DNA of 64,000 nt from Candidatus Saccharimonadota bacterium (GTDB lineage: Bacteria > Patescibacteriota > Saccharimonadia > Saccharimonadales > JACDBH01). The notes under the pieces were generated by a model. It searched no databases. It was not told the origin of the DNA and was given only the letters and a program-made list of their open reading frames with translations. The translations under genes and the position numbers were made by a program. Below are positions 49,195-59,555 of this stretch, one piece after another (position 1 is the first letter of the stretch; each line of letters begins with the position of its first letter). Location of the stretch: NCBI GenBank assembly GCA_028289135.1, contig JAQGGW010000003.1, forward strand, positions 2,015 through 66,014, in the 5' to 3' direction.

Positions 49195-49682
49195 TGTTTG
49201 CCCTTTTTGTGATGGTCATCTTTGTGGTGCTTTGGAATAGTCAGCGCCAGAACTAAAAGGCTTGAGACAATCCCAACGACAACAATCAGCTCATAATACT
49301 GGGCAATCAGCGGCCAGCCTGTGCTTGCGGTCAGGGTGTTTTGGAAGGAGCCGCTTAAAAACGGATATACAATTGTCAGGCCAACAAGTGCCGAGCAAAG
49401 CGCCGGAACTACGGCCATAATAAGCAATGGTTTTTTGATGCGTTTACGAAGTAATATGGCGCTAATAATAGCCGGAAACAGCATCACAGCCGCCTGGGCA
49501 ACATTGGTAGAAACCTGCAGCTTGCCTCCCAAAGAGTGCGCCAAAAGGTCGGTGTCCTTACCTGCGGCCGCTACCAAGACACTCCCCGCGCAGACAGCAA
49601 AGAAAACAACCGCCGTGTTGGTACGAAGCAGCAGCTGAAGAGCAACTACAATGGCAATAATGACAATAAGCGCGTAGATCAT
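49191..49682 (-). CDS. Membrane protein with His/Lys-rich tail
   Basis: Several TM helices, KHHKDDHHKKGKH end. Confidence 0.7.
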   Translation of the reverse strand: MIYALIVIIAIVVALQLLLRTNTAVVFFAVCAGSVLVAAAGKDTDLLAHSLGGKLQVSTNVAQAAVMLFPAIISAILLRKRIKKPLLIMAVVPALCSALVGLTIVYPFLSGSFQNTLTASTGWPLIAQYYELIVVVGIVSSLLVLALTIPKHHKDDHHKKGKH

Positions 49683-49709
49683 ACTAACCCTATTCTAGCA
49701 TGAGCGGGA

Positions 49710-50234
49710 TCAGAGATTTATGTGTGAACCCACCGAAAGCCCAGCGCTCTTGGCGACATGGGCATTTACCTCGATTACAAAAAATGTATTATCGGCGCAA
49801 TATTCATTTGGATACGTCTCGGGTTTTAAGCCTTCTTCTAGCTTAACTACATTGCCACGTACATCAAGCCAAGCAATGTCCAGGTCAAAATGCATGTTCT
49901 TCATCCATATGCATTGACGGCCAATATTATCAAAAACAAACAGCATTCCGTGGCTGGACGGCATTGAAGGCCGGTCCGACAAACCATGTTCGCGCGCCGC
50001 CTCGGTATCAACTTTTTCCAAGCTCAAAACGCATTGTTTTTTGCCGATCGGCGTCGATTTGCCACCGTTGGTAACTGTCTCATACTTAATACAAACATCC
50101 GTGCTGGCATTTTTATCAAACACCAGCTGGCGGGCGATTAAAATAACGCCCGCACCCAGCATTAGTATCAAAATCAACGCGGAGGTATTTCGCGGCTTCA
50201 TTTCACCCAGGCCGTTCCACAGCTTTCGTATCAT
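49710..50234 (-). CDS. DUF192 protein
   Basis: RE.GLS.R, GMLFVF, WMKNM.F.LDI, VIEVN. Confidence 0.88.
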   Translation of the reverse strand: MIRKLWNGLGEMKPRNTSALILILMLGAGVILIARQLVFDKNASTDVCIKYETVTNGGKSTPIGKKQCVLSLEKVDTEAAREHGLSDRPSMPSSHGMLFVFDNIGRQCIWMKNMHFDLDIAWLDVRGNVVKLEEGLKPETYPNEYCADNTFFVIEVNAHVAKSAGLSVGSHINL

Positions 50235-50272
50235 TGCCTTAGTATAGCGCAGCAAGAACTGCATAAAACGCT

Positions 50273-51124
50273 TTAGCCGTGAAAGCTATGTTCAACAAAC
50301 TCAACAATTTTGGCGGCCACATCAATGCCGGTTGCACTCTCCAAAGCTTTGAAACCTGGCGACGAATTAACTTCAATCACCAGCGGCCCGCGCTTGGACC
50401 GTAAAATATCCACACCGCCAATCTTAAGCCCCATGGCGTCGCATGCTTTTACCGCCAATTCTTCTTCTTTGGCTGTGGCTTCAATTGCGTCTGCGTTGCC
50501 TCCAAGATAAACGTTTGAACGGAATTCCCCTTCTTTTGCCTGGCGCTTTATCGCTCCCGCCACCTCTCCATCAATCACAAAAATCCTGATGTCGCTTCCT
50601 GCCGACTCTTCTATAAATTCTTGGGCATAAAACGCTCTTTTTAAACTTTTTAATTCACCCACCAAGCTGTCCAGCTCGGCCATATTTTTTACAAGCCAAA
50701 CGCCATCCCCCTGAGTGCCCGTGAGCGCTTTAATCACGAATGGGAAAGCCAGATCATCTTTATTATTCAAATCCAGCGTCTGCGGAATCGGAACACCTGC
50801 GCTCTGAAGTTTATGCGATGCGGCGGCTTTATCGTGCGAAAGTTCTATGCCATTGGACGAAGTCGTCGAAAAAGTTCCGATTGCCTCAAAAGCTTTTAAC
50901 GTTGTTACGCCGTCTATCGGGGAGCCGGACATTACGCGCGGGATAATTGCGTCAAAATCTGCAAGCGAACGGCCGTGGTATATAACATCCGGCTTTTCAT
51001 TTACAGAAGAGGGCTGGCACTCAGTATAAACAATCAGTTCGGCCGAATGCCCACGCTTAATGGCGGTATCAATAATTCTTTGATTACTATAGCTAGTCGT
51101 TCTAGCAAGCAGCGCAATTTTCAT
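50273..51124 (-). CDS. RimK-family ATP-grasp ligase
   Basis: DAIIPR, DK, G.QG.GV, QEFI.E, DIR, FRSN, GVD, EVNSSPG. Confidence 0.9.
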   Translation of the reverse strand: MKIALLARTTSYSNQRIIDTAIKRGHSAELIVYTECQPSSVNEKPDVIYHGRSLADFDAIIPRVMSGSPIDGVTTLKAFEAIGTFSTTSSNGIELSHDKAAASHKLQSAGVPIPQTLDLNNKDDLAFPFVIKALTGTQGDGVWLVKNMAELDSLVGELKSLKRAFYAQEFIEESAGSDIRIFVIDGEVAGAIKRQAKEGEFRSNVYLGGNADAIEATAKEEELAVKACDAMGLKIGGVDILRSKRGPLVIEVNSSPGFKALESATGIDVAAKIVEFVEHSFHG

Positions 51125-51153
51125 TTTATTTTCCGTTTGATTCTTTAGAAATA

Positions 51154-52530
51154 TTATTTGGGCAGATTGAATGACTTTTTTATGTCACTGACTAAAAGTT
51201 GGGTTTTAATGCTTAAGTCGTCGTCTTTGGCCATAATTTTGCCAAACTTTGTAACTTTGATAATACGCCTGCCTGTACCAATCAGATCGCCTTTTTTGTA
51301 CCTGCACAAAACCAGTACCATATCTTCGCCTTTTAGATCACTTACAGAGTAGGCGGGCTTTACAAATTCGAGCTTGCCGTCTTTGTAGAGGTAAATACCC
51401 GGATGGATTGTTTCTTTTAGTTCAAAGTCCACTTCAAGCGGGTTGTTAAAAATCATAAACGACACCGGCTTTTTATAGCGGCCGGCACTTGGAAGTTTGT
51501 CAGTGTCTGTTACTTCGTAATCAAAGTTACCCAGCTCCAAAGCGTGCAACAGCAAGAACGGGATCTTGCCTTCGTTCAGCTGCATATCACTAATAAGGTG
51601 CGAATAACCGGTGTGGCGGGCGTTGATTTCAATGGCATAGACTTCGTTTTCTGGTGTTACGATCAGGTCAATCCCAAAGATGCCCTTATAGCCGTGGCTG
51701 GCAAGCTCCGAACCGACTACCGAAGCGATCTCGCGCGACTGGTGCTGCACAATGTCTGGATATTCCACGCCAACTTCACCGCCGCACCACTTTGTCGTGC
51801 CTTCGAGCTTTGGATTGCAAAGATATTTGCTGGTCACGAGCTGGCGCTGGATGCCGCCACTAAAAATACCGTACTTGGTAATGCAAACCTGGATGCTTGA
51901 TGTCTGTCCGGCAACGTAGCGCGAGACAACGACCGAGCGGCCCTGGGAGAATTTCTTAAGCAGCTTAACGGCGTCTACAAATTCATCATAATTGTGGACG
52001 ATGTAAGTCCCGCGTGAACCAAATGATTCTTCGTCCTGAAGCACCATCGAAGTGCCAAGCTCTTCGCGGAGTTCGCGGTAGGATGCAGCCTTGTCGAGTT
52101 CGGAAATATACTTAATTTCGTATTCTGGCATTCGGATCAGGTCGGCAAATTCGTCGCGGAAATAACGCTTGTTTTCGTAGGCGTGCGCGATGGTTGGCGA
52201 GTTCATGAGCAGCGCCAGCGGGTTTACTTTATAAGGCGGATCAACTGGCGAATACAGCAAATACTTGCGCTTTGGCTCGCTTTTAGTTAGTTCAACAAAC
52301 TTCTTTAGCTTAACCAGGCGGGACACACCTTCAATGGCATTAGTTTCCATGCCAAGATCACTAATGCTGCCTTTGAGCGGCAGTTCGTAGAGCCATTCCT
52401 GGCGCTCGCCAGTTACAATTTTAAAATCATCAAAAAACTGGTCGTGCAGCAAGAAAGTAAAGGGGTCGTCGTGAATTGCCCCGACCTGTGTCGAGCGGTT
52501 GTACTGGATCGCGTTTGAGAGTTTATGCAT
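51154..52530 (-). CDS. ATP-grasp protein (larger, peptide-ligase-like)
   Basis: ENKRYF, GS.GT, WCGG, GYKGIFGID, IEINAR.TG. Confidence 0.8.
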   Translation of the reverse strand: MHKLSNAIQYNRSTQVGAIHDDPFTFLLHDQFFDDFKIVTGERQEWLYELPLKGSISDLGMETNAIEGVSRLVKLKKFVELTKSEPKRKYLLYSPVDPPYKVNPLALLMNSPTIAHAYENKRYFRDEFADLIRMPEYEIKYISELDKAASYRELREELGTSMVLQDEESFGSRGTYIVHNYDEFVDAVKLLKKFSQGRSVVVSRYVAGQTSSIQVCITKYGIFSGGIQRQLVTSKYLCNPKLEGTTKWCGGEVGVEYPDIVQHQSREIASVVGSELASHGYKGIFGIDLIVTPENEVYAIEINARHTGYSHLISDMQLNEGKIPFLLLHALELGNFDYEVTDTDKLPSAGRYKKPVSFMIFNNPLEVDFELKETIHPGIYLYKDGKLEFVKPAYSVSDLKGEDMVLVLCRYKKGDLIGTGRRIIKVTKFGKIMAKDDDLSIKTQLLVSDIKKSFNLPK

Positions 52531-52743
52531 TGGTTTACCAGTCTTTCCGTTACGTTACAGAGCCTATCATTTAATTATACCACATTATGTGTTATAAAGC
52601 AATAGTTTTTAGGTGTTATATCAAGAGTTTCAGGCAGGGTCAAAGGTCAAGTTTTTGGTTATCAAACAACTGATAACTCTTCCTTTATAACACCTGTGAG
52701 CAGTTATGTACACTGTTTAATTAACTGTGGCCGTTAGGGTTGT

Positions 52744-52890
52744 TTATTTCTGGGCTTTTAGGACTCTTAGGTAAACTAGCGCCAGCACAGCCGCAAGAAC
52801 CAATATTAGGCATATTACTAGGGTAATAAAGCCTTGCTGGCTAGCCTGTACATCTGATTTTGAGCCCAGTTTTGAGCGAAGCTTACGCAT
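52744..52890 (-). CDS. 48-aa prepilin-like peptide (not in the ORF track)
   Basis: MRKLRSKLGSKSDVQASQQG|FITLVICLILVLAAVLALVYLRVLKAQK*. Confidence 0.6.
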   Translation of the reverse strand: MRKLRSKLGSKSDVQASQQGFITLVICLILVLAAVLALVYLRVLKAQK

Positions 52891-52955
52891 AATTAGCCCT
52901 AACTATCACGCATATGCTTAGCTTTGTAAAGCGTGAAAAGTGCTGTGCCAAAGGA

Positions 52956-54059
52956 TTATTTGCGGCCAAAAAGGCCGTGCTTGTGTTCGGAGGCGATTTC
53001 AAACTGTTCGAGGAGCTCTCTTTGGGTCTTATTAATGTCGCGCGGGGTTTCAACATTAATGGTCAGGATATGCGCGCCTCTTGTACCGGTGCGAAGGTGC
53101 GGAACGCCGTGGTTAGACAGCTTAAAGTCAGTGCCGCTCTGCGTCCCCGCTGGGATTTTCATTTTAATGTCGCCATCCACTGTAGCTACGTCGATTTCGT
53201 CGCCCAGTGTGGCTTGGACCATAGAGATAGTCTGCTCGGATAAAATCAGGTCGCCTTCGCGCGTAAAGTGCTTGTGCGGCTTGACCTTGATGTTTACGTA
53301 TAAATCACCGCGCGGACCGTTGGCAATTGCTTCTCCGTGCTCACGCAGGCGGATGGTAGCGCCGTCGTCAATGCCAGCTGGGACTTTGAGCGTTACTTCC
53401 TGGTTTTTGTGCTCGGTGCCTTTGCCTTTGCAGACGCTACAGACCATTTCCGGGACTTTGCCGGTGCCGTGGCAGGTTGGGCAGACGCTGGCTTGCTGGA
53501 TATTGCCAAAAATAGTCCGGGTAACGCTCATCACCTGGCCGGAACCTTTACAGGTGCCGCAAGCTTTTAGCTCATGGCCTGGCTCGGCCGTGGTGCCTTT
53601 GCAGTGTTCGCATGGGATGTCCATGACCATGTTCAGCTCGGTTTCGGTGCCAAAAACAGCGTCTTCGAACGTAATAACCATCTCGGTCTCAACGTCACGG
53701 CCTCTGCGGGCACGTGTGCCGCGCTGCTGGCCGCCAAAAAAGCTGCTAAAGATGTCGCCAAATCCAAGGTCGCCAAAGTCAAAGTTAACGTTTTGGCCGC
53801 CCTGGCCTCCAAAGCCAGCAAACGGATCACCGCCGCCGCCACTGCCGCCGACACCGGCATGGCCAAACTGGTCGTAGCGCTGGCGTTTTTTGTCGTCTTT
53901 TAGGACTTCGTAGGCCTCATTAATTTCTTTAAATTTGGTCTCGTCGCCGCCGCGATCGGGGTGGTGTTCGATAGCCGCTTTGCGGTAAGCTTTTTTAAGC
54001 TCATCGGCACTTGCCGACTTATTAACACCGAGTACTTCGTAATAATCACGCTTATCCAT
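52956..54059 (-). CDS. dnaJ: Chaperone DnaJ
   Basis: J-domain HPD, G/F region, four CxxCxGxG-type repeats. Confidence 0.97.
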   Translation of the reverse strand: MDKRDYYEVLGVNKSASADELKKAYRKAAIEHHPDRGGDETKFKEINEAYEVLKDDKKRQRYDQFGHAGVGGSGGGGDPFAGFGGQGGQNVNFDFGDLGFGDIFSSFFGGQQRGTRARRGRDVETEMVITFEDAVFGTETELNMVMDIPCEHCKGTTAEPGHELKACGTCKGSGQVMSVTRTIFGNIQQASVCPTCHGTGKVPEMVCSVCKGKGTEHKNQEVTLKVPAGIDDGATIRLREHGEAIANGPRGDLYVNIKVKPHKHFTREGDLILSEQTISMVQATLGDEIDVATVDGDIKMKIPAGTQSGTDFKLSNHGVPHLRTGTRGAHILTINVETPRDINKTQRELLEQFEIASEHKHGLFGRK

Positions 54060-54069
54060 TATGTCTATT

Positions 54070-54096
54070 TTAGCACTTTCGGCCCATGAGTGCCAA
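54070..54096. promoter_or_regulatory. CIRCE operator upstream of dnaJ
   Basis: TTAGCACTT-N9-GAGTGCCAA. Confidence 0.85.
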
Positions 54097-54171
54097 CATG
54101 AGCGTTATACTTTTTCATAAAAACGCGCCCTGGTTATAGGACGCGTTTTTGCCCGCATGCTAGCTTTTAAC

Positions 54172-54441
54172 TTAGATAGCTGAATTGTGACCACGGCCGC
54201 TAACAGCGCGGTAGATGCCAAGCGCGATGCAAGCGCCAACGACTGCTACGACAACGCTGTAGAGGTTAAATCCTGTGACGCCGTTTTTACCAAACAAGCC
54301 CATAATCATGCCGCCGATAAAAGCGCCGATGATACCCACGATAATGTTCCCGAGTGCGCCCTGGTTTGCGTCGGTTCCCATAATCATTGAACCAATCCAA
54401 CCTGCTAAAGCACCTAGCACGATCCAAGCGATAATTCCCAT
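54172..54441 (-). CDS. GlsB/YeaQ/YmgE-family membrane protein
   Basis: IIAWIVLGALAGWI, NIIVGIIGAFIGG; AAGGAG SD. Confidence 0.9.
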   Translation of the reverse strand: MGIIAWIVLGALAGWIGSMIMGTDANQGALGNIIVGIIGAFIGGMIMGLFGKNGVTGFNLYSVVVAVVGACIALGIYRAVSGRGHNSAI

Positions 54442-54602
54442 TGTGTTATTCTCCTTACTTTTTACTACTTCACAAGTATCGCAATTGGCGGCTTTTTCAG
54501 ATATGAGATATCTCACGCGCTAGGTGTAGAATTTCTCGGTTGGCCGTTTCGACCCCTGTAAAATTTAATGTTATAAAAAGGTGTTATACTGGATTGTACG
54601 AT

Positions 54603-56060
54603 ATGAAGTTTACGCGCCGCGACTCCGCAACCTTCTTCACTTCTTCTCTCCTGATTGGAATTCTGACCGACATGTTAATCCGCCAACGCATCTTTGGCCT
54701 GAACTTTTTTGTATGGACTGTTGCCTGGACCGGCATTATGCTGCTGGCTGCAATTATGAAGCGGCACATTTCGCGGCGGTTTCTTTTGTTTAGCGGTTTT
54801 GCGCTTTTAAATTCATTTTTGGTTTATGTCCGGATTGAGCCGGTGGTGCAGGCCTGGTCGGTCGTTATTACTTTAGTTTCGCTGACTCTTATGACAGGCG
54901 CATTGTTTGCCGAAAACTTTTTAAATCTTGGGATTACTAACCGGGCTATCGAATTTATTTCGAGCATACCTGGTGTTATAAAGTCTGACGCAAAGCTTAT
55001 GTATAGGCTGCTCAACAACCGGTCTGAGAGCCATAAAAAGACTAGGATAAATGTTGGCATTATTGTGGCCGTAATTCTTGGGCTAATTTTTATCGGTTTG
55101 TTTTCTGGGTCGGACGCAGTTTTTAGGCATCAGTTTAGTTTTATCGGTACGTTTTTTAGTAGCATCGGCAACTGGCTTTCGCACTACAACCTCGCCCGGG
55201 TTTTCTCGATTATTTTCTGGTCTGGGGTTGCTGGCGCTGGTCTTTTGACCTTAGCCGGCAAAGACTCGCCCGCCAAAGAGCTTGTTATGCCTGCCAAAAA
55301 GTACTTCTCGCGTAATGATACCGTCATAATTTTGAGCACGCTGACCGCAGTTTTTGGCTTCTTTATTCTTATCCAGATCAAATATTTGTTTGCCGGCGGG
55401 ACACTGCCAGACGGTTTGACCTATGCCAACTACGCCCGCCGCGGTTACGGTGAACTGCTGCTGGCTACGATGTTGGCATCAGCCGTTATCTACGCCGCCA
55501 TCGCTTTTACCCGCGAAAAAGCCCACACCTTGACCGCCCGCATTTTGTCGAATGTGCTGGTTGTTTTAAACGGCATCGTGGTGCTATCGGCCTGGAAACG
55601 GCTGAGTTTATATGAAAGCGCCTACGGCTGGACGATGACACGCTTTATTGCCCGTCTTGGCCTGATCTGCATTTTGCTTGGTTCGATTTTGCTACTGTTT
55701 TGGGTTAACAAAAAGATTTCTGCCCGGCGTTTGTTTGGTTTTAGCTGGTACGCGGTTGCTGGGGTCTTGATGATTGCAGCGCTATTGAATCCGGTTGGCA
55801 TTATCACCCAGAAAAACATATCCGAGCGCCCGCAGCGCGAAACTAAGCTAGATACTGAATTTATCAGGGGTCTTTCTGCAGACAGCTATCCCGCCCTATG
55901 TAAGTACGCGGCCACACTTAAAAACAAATACCCCGGCGAATATAATTCACTTCAAAACCTTGCGCCAAATGTTAACCAATTTGTTGTCAGCAAAGGCCTG
56001 TCCGCCCACCGTACAACCGCCAAAGCTTACATAGACAAATACAGTAACTGCCTAGAATAA
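54603..56060 (+). CDS. DUF4153/DUF4173-like membrane protein
   Basis: SDAVF, TYANYARRGYGEL, RLSLYESAYGWT..R, LSAD. Confidence 0.8.
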   Translation: MKFTRRDSATFFTSSLLIGILTDMLIRQRIFGLNFFVWTVAWTGIMLLAAIMKRHISRRFLLFSGFALLNSFLVYVRIEPVVQAWSVVITLVSLTLMTGALFAENFLNLGITNRAIEFISSIPGVIKSDAKLMYRLLNNRSESHKKTRINVGIIVAVILGLIFIGLFSGSDAVFRHQFSFIGTFFSSIGNWLSHYNLARVFSIIFWSGVAGAGLLTLAGKDSPAKELVMPAKKYFSRNDTVIILSTLTAVFGFFILIQIKYLFAGGTLPDGLTYANYARRGYGELLLATMLASAVIYAAIAFTREKAHTLTARILSNVLVVLNGIVVLSAWKRLSLYESAYGWTMTRFIARLGLICILLGSILLLFWVNKKISARRLFGFSWYAVAGVLMIAALLNPVGIITQKNISERPQRETKLDTEFIRGLSADSYPALCKYAATLKNKYPGEYNSLQNLAPNVNQFVVSKGLSAHRTTAKAYIDKYSNCLE

Positions 56061-56076
56061 TTTGAAAATTATTATT

Positions 56077-56466
56077 TTAGATGATTTCGGTAACTGCAGC
56101 TAACCCTGCTAATATTTTAACTCTAGCTTTTTCAATATCTTCTTTATTATTATCTGCTATCAAAATGCCTTCCTCGAGTTCGACTTCAAATTCATCCCCA
56201 TTGTCCCAGAAAAGAACGATTCTATGATCTGGTATTACTTGGTCATCCAAACTAATAAGCCCAATAAAATCAATAACGTGTACTACTGAATCGACTGCAG
56301 GATCGTATGAATATTTTAAGCGTGATGAGCCCGATACTATTTCTAGGTCAGCTGCATCTTCAGGCGATTCCGGTATATAGTCTGCCCCATCAAAAGCTAT
56401 ATCGACAACATCGCGTATTGCCTCCATCGCTTGGGGGGGAATAGGTATGCAGTATCCGTCTGACAT
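56077..56466 (-). CDS. Acidic hypothetical protein
   Basis: AT-rich ORF starting 3 nt after the dnaK stop. Confidence 0.55.
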   Translation of the reverse strand: MSDGYCIPIPPQAMEAIRDVVDIAFDGADYIPESPEDAADLEIVSGSSRLKYSYDPAVDSVVHVIDFIGLISLDDQVIPDHRIVLFWDNGDEFEVELEEGILIADNNKEDIEKARVKILAGLAAVTEII

Positions 56467-56468
56467 TA

Positions 56469-58406
56469 CTACTTTTCTTTATCGTCTTTTTCGTTGACAA
56501 CTTCACCTTCTACTGGCTCTTCTTTATCGTCCTTCTTTTCGCTTTCTCCGTCATCGGTTTCAACAGATGCTTCGGCGCTAGCAGACGCGCTCGATGAATT
56601 TTCGTACATCTTGGCGCCAATCGGCATGATCTTTTCGCTGAGTTCTTTGCTGGCGGCTTCCAAAGCTTCTTTGTCGGCAGATTCGTCGGCAGTTATTTTT
56701 TTAGCGGCTTCAATTGCTTCGTCCAAAGTTTTAGCGTCTTCTTCCGAAATTTTGTCCTTATTGTCGGACTTCATTTTCTCGGCTTGGTAGACTGCGCTGT
56801 CAAGAGTGTTGCGCGCATCAACAGATTCACGCTTTTTCTTGTCTTCTTCGGCATGCGCTTCAGCATCTTTTGCCATTTTTTCAACTTCGTCTTTGCTAAG
56901 GCCAGAACTTCCCTGGATGGTAATGCTCTGCTCTTTGCCGGAACCCTTGTCCTTGGCGGTTACATTTAGGATTCCGTTGGCGTCGAGGTTAAAGGTCACT
57001 TCAATCTGCGGCACACCGCGCGGTGCGGCTGGAATGCCATCTAATACAAAGCGGCCTAATGATTTGTTGTCAGTGGCAAATTCGCGCTCGCCCTGCAAAA
57101 CATGGATTTCCACCTGGTTTTGGTTGTCAGCTGCGGTCGAGAAAGTCTCACTCTTAGAAGTAGGGATGGTCGTGTTTCGCTCAATTAGCTTGGTGCTGAC
57201 GGAACCCATAGTTTCGATTCCGAGAGAAAGTGGGGTTACATCAAGAAGCAAAACATCCTTAACATCGCCCTGCAAAACACCGCCCTGGATAGCTGCGCCA
57301 ACGGCGACAACTTCGTCTGGGTTCACGCCCTTCATCGGGTCTTTGCCAAAAATTTTCTTAACCTGGTCTTGGACGGCTGGCATACGTGTCATACCGCCAA
57401 CCAAAACTACGGCGTCAATGTCGCTTGCCTTTAGGCCTGCGTCCTTCAAAGCTTTTTCGCATGGGCCTGCTGTTTTTGTAATCAAATCACCAACCAGGCT
57501 TTCGAGCTTGGCGCGGGTAAGCTTGTGCTCGAAGTGCTTTGGACCATCGGCGTCCGCAGTCAAGAATGGCAGGTTGATGTTAATTTCATTCGCTGTCGAA
57601 AGCTCAATCTTGGCCTTTTCTGCTTCGTCGCGGAGGCGCTGCATAGCTGGCTTGTCTTCGGTAATATCGATGCCGTGCTCTTTTTTAAATTCGTCAGCAA
57701 AATAGTTAACTAAAACACGGTCAAAGTCGGCACCGCCAAGGTGTGTATCGCCGTTGGTGCTCTTTACTTCAAAGACCCCGTCGCCAAGTTCCAAAATTGA
57801 AACGTCAAAGGTTCCACCTCCAAGGTCGTAAACAGCAATCTTTTCGTCTTTGCTACTACCTTTATCCAAACCGTAAGCCAAAGCAGCTGCGGTTGGTTCG
57901 TTGATAATACGCTTTACTTCCAAGCCCGCGATTTTACCAGCGTCTTTGGTTGCCTGGCGCTGTGAGTCGTCAAAGTACGCAGGAACAGTAATTACCGCTT
58001 CGGTAACTGGCTGGCCCAAGAAACCCTCGGCGTCTGCCTTGAGCTTGCTTAAGATCATGGCAGAAACTTCTTCGGGGCTGTATTCTTTGTCGCCCATCTT
58101 AACTTTTACAGAGTTGCCGCTCTTAATAATCTCGTAGCCCATCAGCTTAAGGTCGCGCTGGACTTCTTTGTCGCTAAAGTTGCGGCCAATCAGGCGCTTT
58201 ACTTCATAAATCGTGTTTTTGCTGTTAGTAACTTGCTGGCGGCGGGCAAGCTGCCCGACCAAACGTTCGCCGTTTTTGTTAACAGCTACAACGCTCGGCG
58301 TTGTGCGTGCGCCTTCTGAGTTTGTGATAATTTCAGCTTTACCAGACTGCATAACAGCCATAGCCGAGTTAGTTGTTCCAAGGTCGATTCCGATAATTTT
58401 ACCCAT
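56469..58406 (-). CDS. dnaK: Chaperone DnaK
   Basis: [30 protein letters not shown]. Confidence 0.98.
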   Translation of the reverse strand: MGKIIGIDLGTTNSAMAVMQSGKAEIITNSEGARTTPSVVAVNKNGERLVGQLARRQQVTNSKNTIYEVKRLIGRNFSDKEVQRDLKLMGYEIIKSGNSVKVKMGDKEYSPEEVSAMILSKLKADAEGFLGQPVTEAVITVPAYFDDSQRQATKDAGKIAGLEVKRIINEPTAAALAYGLDKGSSKDEKIAVYDLGGGTFDVSILELGDGVFEVKSTNGDTHLGGADFDRVLVNYFADEFKKEHGIDITEDKPAMQRLRDEAEKAKIELSTANEININLPFLTADADGPKHFEHKLTRAKLESLVGDLITKTAGPCEKALKDAGLKASDIDAVVLVGGMTRMPAVQDQVKKIFGKDPMKGVNPDEVVAVGAAIQGGVLQGDVKDVLLLDVTPLSLGIETMGSVSTKLIERNTTIPTSKSETFSTAADNQNQVEIHVLQGEREFATDNKSLGRFVLDGIPAAPRGVPQIEVTFNLDANGILNVTAKDKGSGKEQSITIQGSSGLSKDEVEKMAKDAEAHAEEDKKKRESVDARNTLDSAVYQAEKMKSDNKDKISEEDAKTLDEAIEAAKKITADESADKEALEAASKELSEKIMPIGAKMYENSSSASASAEASVETDDGESEKKDDKEEPVEGEVVNEKDDKEK

Positions 58407-58472
58407 TTTTTAATTCTCCTTTTGTCTCCGGGCGGTGCCGGAGTTTTTTATAACTGGTTAAGAGTCGTATTG

Positions 58473-58499
58473 TTAGCACTGCTAGCAATAGAGTGCTAA
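58473..58499. promoter_or_regulatory. CIRCE operator upstream of dnaK
   Basis: TTAGCACTG-N9-GAGTGCTAA. Confidence 0.9.
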
Positions 58500-58521
58500 A
58501 ACAATGATACCACAAATAAAA

Positions 58522-58548
58522 TTGGCACTCAAGTACCTAGAGTGCCAA
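58522..58548. promoter_or_regulatory. Second CIRCE operator upstream of dnaK
   Basis: TTGGCACTC-N9-GAGTGCCAA. Confidence 0.85.
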
Positions 58549-58554
58549 TTTATT

Positions 58555-58812
58555 TTATTCACATATTATTGTTTCTATAAAACCTATAAATTTTCTAAAT
58601 TGTGAGGCTACGTCCTGTTTTGTTCCTTCTGCGGCAACAGCTAAATACTCAGGCTCATTTATAATAATTCCAATATGGAATAAGTCTCCTCTTAAGATAT
58701 CCTCACCATCCTTAACTTCATCTGCCTCAAAAAGATCCAGTAGTCTGTGCATAGATGTAACCCACGTTAAATCTATAGTTCGCAAGAATAACTCTGGTTC
58801 CATTTCTGCCAT
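58555..58812 (-). CDS. Hypothetical protein
   Basis: 85-aa AT-rich ORF between grpE and dnaK. Confidence 0.5.
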   Translation of the reverse strand: MAEMEPELFLRTIDLTWVTSMHRLLDLFEADEVKDGEDILRGDLFHIGIIINEPEYLAVAAEGTKQDVASQFRKFIGFIETIICE

Positions 58813-58824
58813 AAAAATTTGCTA

Positions 58825-59307
58825 TCAGGTCGTTACCTTGACCATCGCGTGGCGCAAAACTTCGTCACCTAGGGTGTAGCCGGATTGTAGTTCTTCGCTC
58901 ACTACTTCTTGGTCGCCTTCGCCTTCTTCCATTGCGACGGCTTCGTGGAGGTTTGGGTCAAATAGTTCACCAACAGTTTTAATCCGCTGGACACCAATTT
59001 TGGCAAGAGCATCTTCAAACTGCTTAACAACTCCTTGGATTCCCTTAATATAGTCGTTTTTCTCAAGGTCCTTTGGCACGTGCTTGAGCGCTCGTTCAAA
59101 GTTGTCGATGGTCGGCAAAAGTTCACGCACAACAGCAGATTTATAAAAACCAGACATTTTGGCTTTTTCTTCTTCTGAGCGTCTTCGGACATTCATAGCA
59201 TCAGCACGTTCACGCTGCAAAGCATCTGTTAAATCAGCAATTTGCTGCTCCAAAACCTGCACTTCTTCGCTTTTTTGACTGATGTCACCTGGCTGTTTTT
59301 TACTCAT
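58825..59307 (-). CDS. grpE: Nucleotide exchange factor GrpE
   Basis: LLPTIDNFERA, FDPNLHEAV, GY.L...VLRHAMVKV. Confidence 0.95.
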   Translation of the reverse strand: MSKKQPGDISQKSEEVQVLEQQIADLTDALQRERADAMNVRRRSEEEKAKMSGFYKSAVVRELLPTIDNFERALKHVPKDLEKNDYIKGIQGVVKQFEDALAKIGVQRIKTVGELFDPNLHEAVAMEEGEGDQEVVSEELQSGYTLGDEVLRHAMVKVTT

Positions 59308-59555
59308 TACAGCGCCTCCCCTATTTCTCTATCCATATCGCGTAGTGCCCATGCTTCAGAGTCTAATTGTGCCCTGCGTGCCTCACCCCGAGCCAATATA
59401 ATTTCAACCATGCTTGCATTAATTCCTAGTTCGGCGGCTCTAATCATAAATTGTTCCGGCGTTATATACTTTTTAGTACCTTCTAATAAGTCTGATGCCA
59501 CACCAACAAGTAAAGCATGTTCAGGGTGTACTACCGGACCATTTTCATTACTCAT
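59307..59555 (-). CDS. Hypothetical protein
   Basis: ATG at 59555 overlaps the hrcA end; TAATG overlap with grpE. Confidence 0.55.
   Translation of the reverse strand: MSNENGPVVHPEHALLVGVASDLLEGTKKYITPEQFMIRAAELGINASMVEIILARGEARRAQLDSEAWALRDMDREIGEAL

Noticed and set aside
56806..57705. 299-aa antisense ORF in dnaK, 314-aa antisense ORF in dnaJ (52933-53877) and other long shadow ORFs
   Set aside because: Antisense frames of conserved genes arising from codon bias; no motifs or start signals
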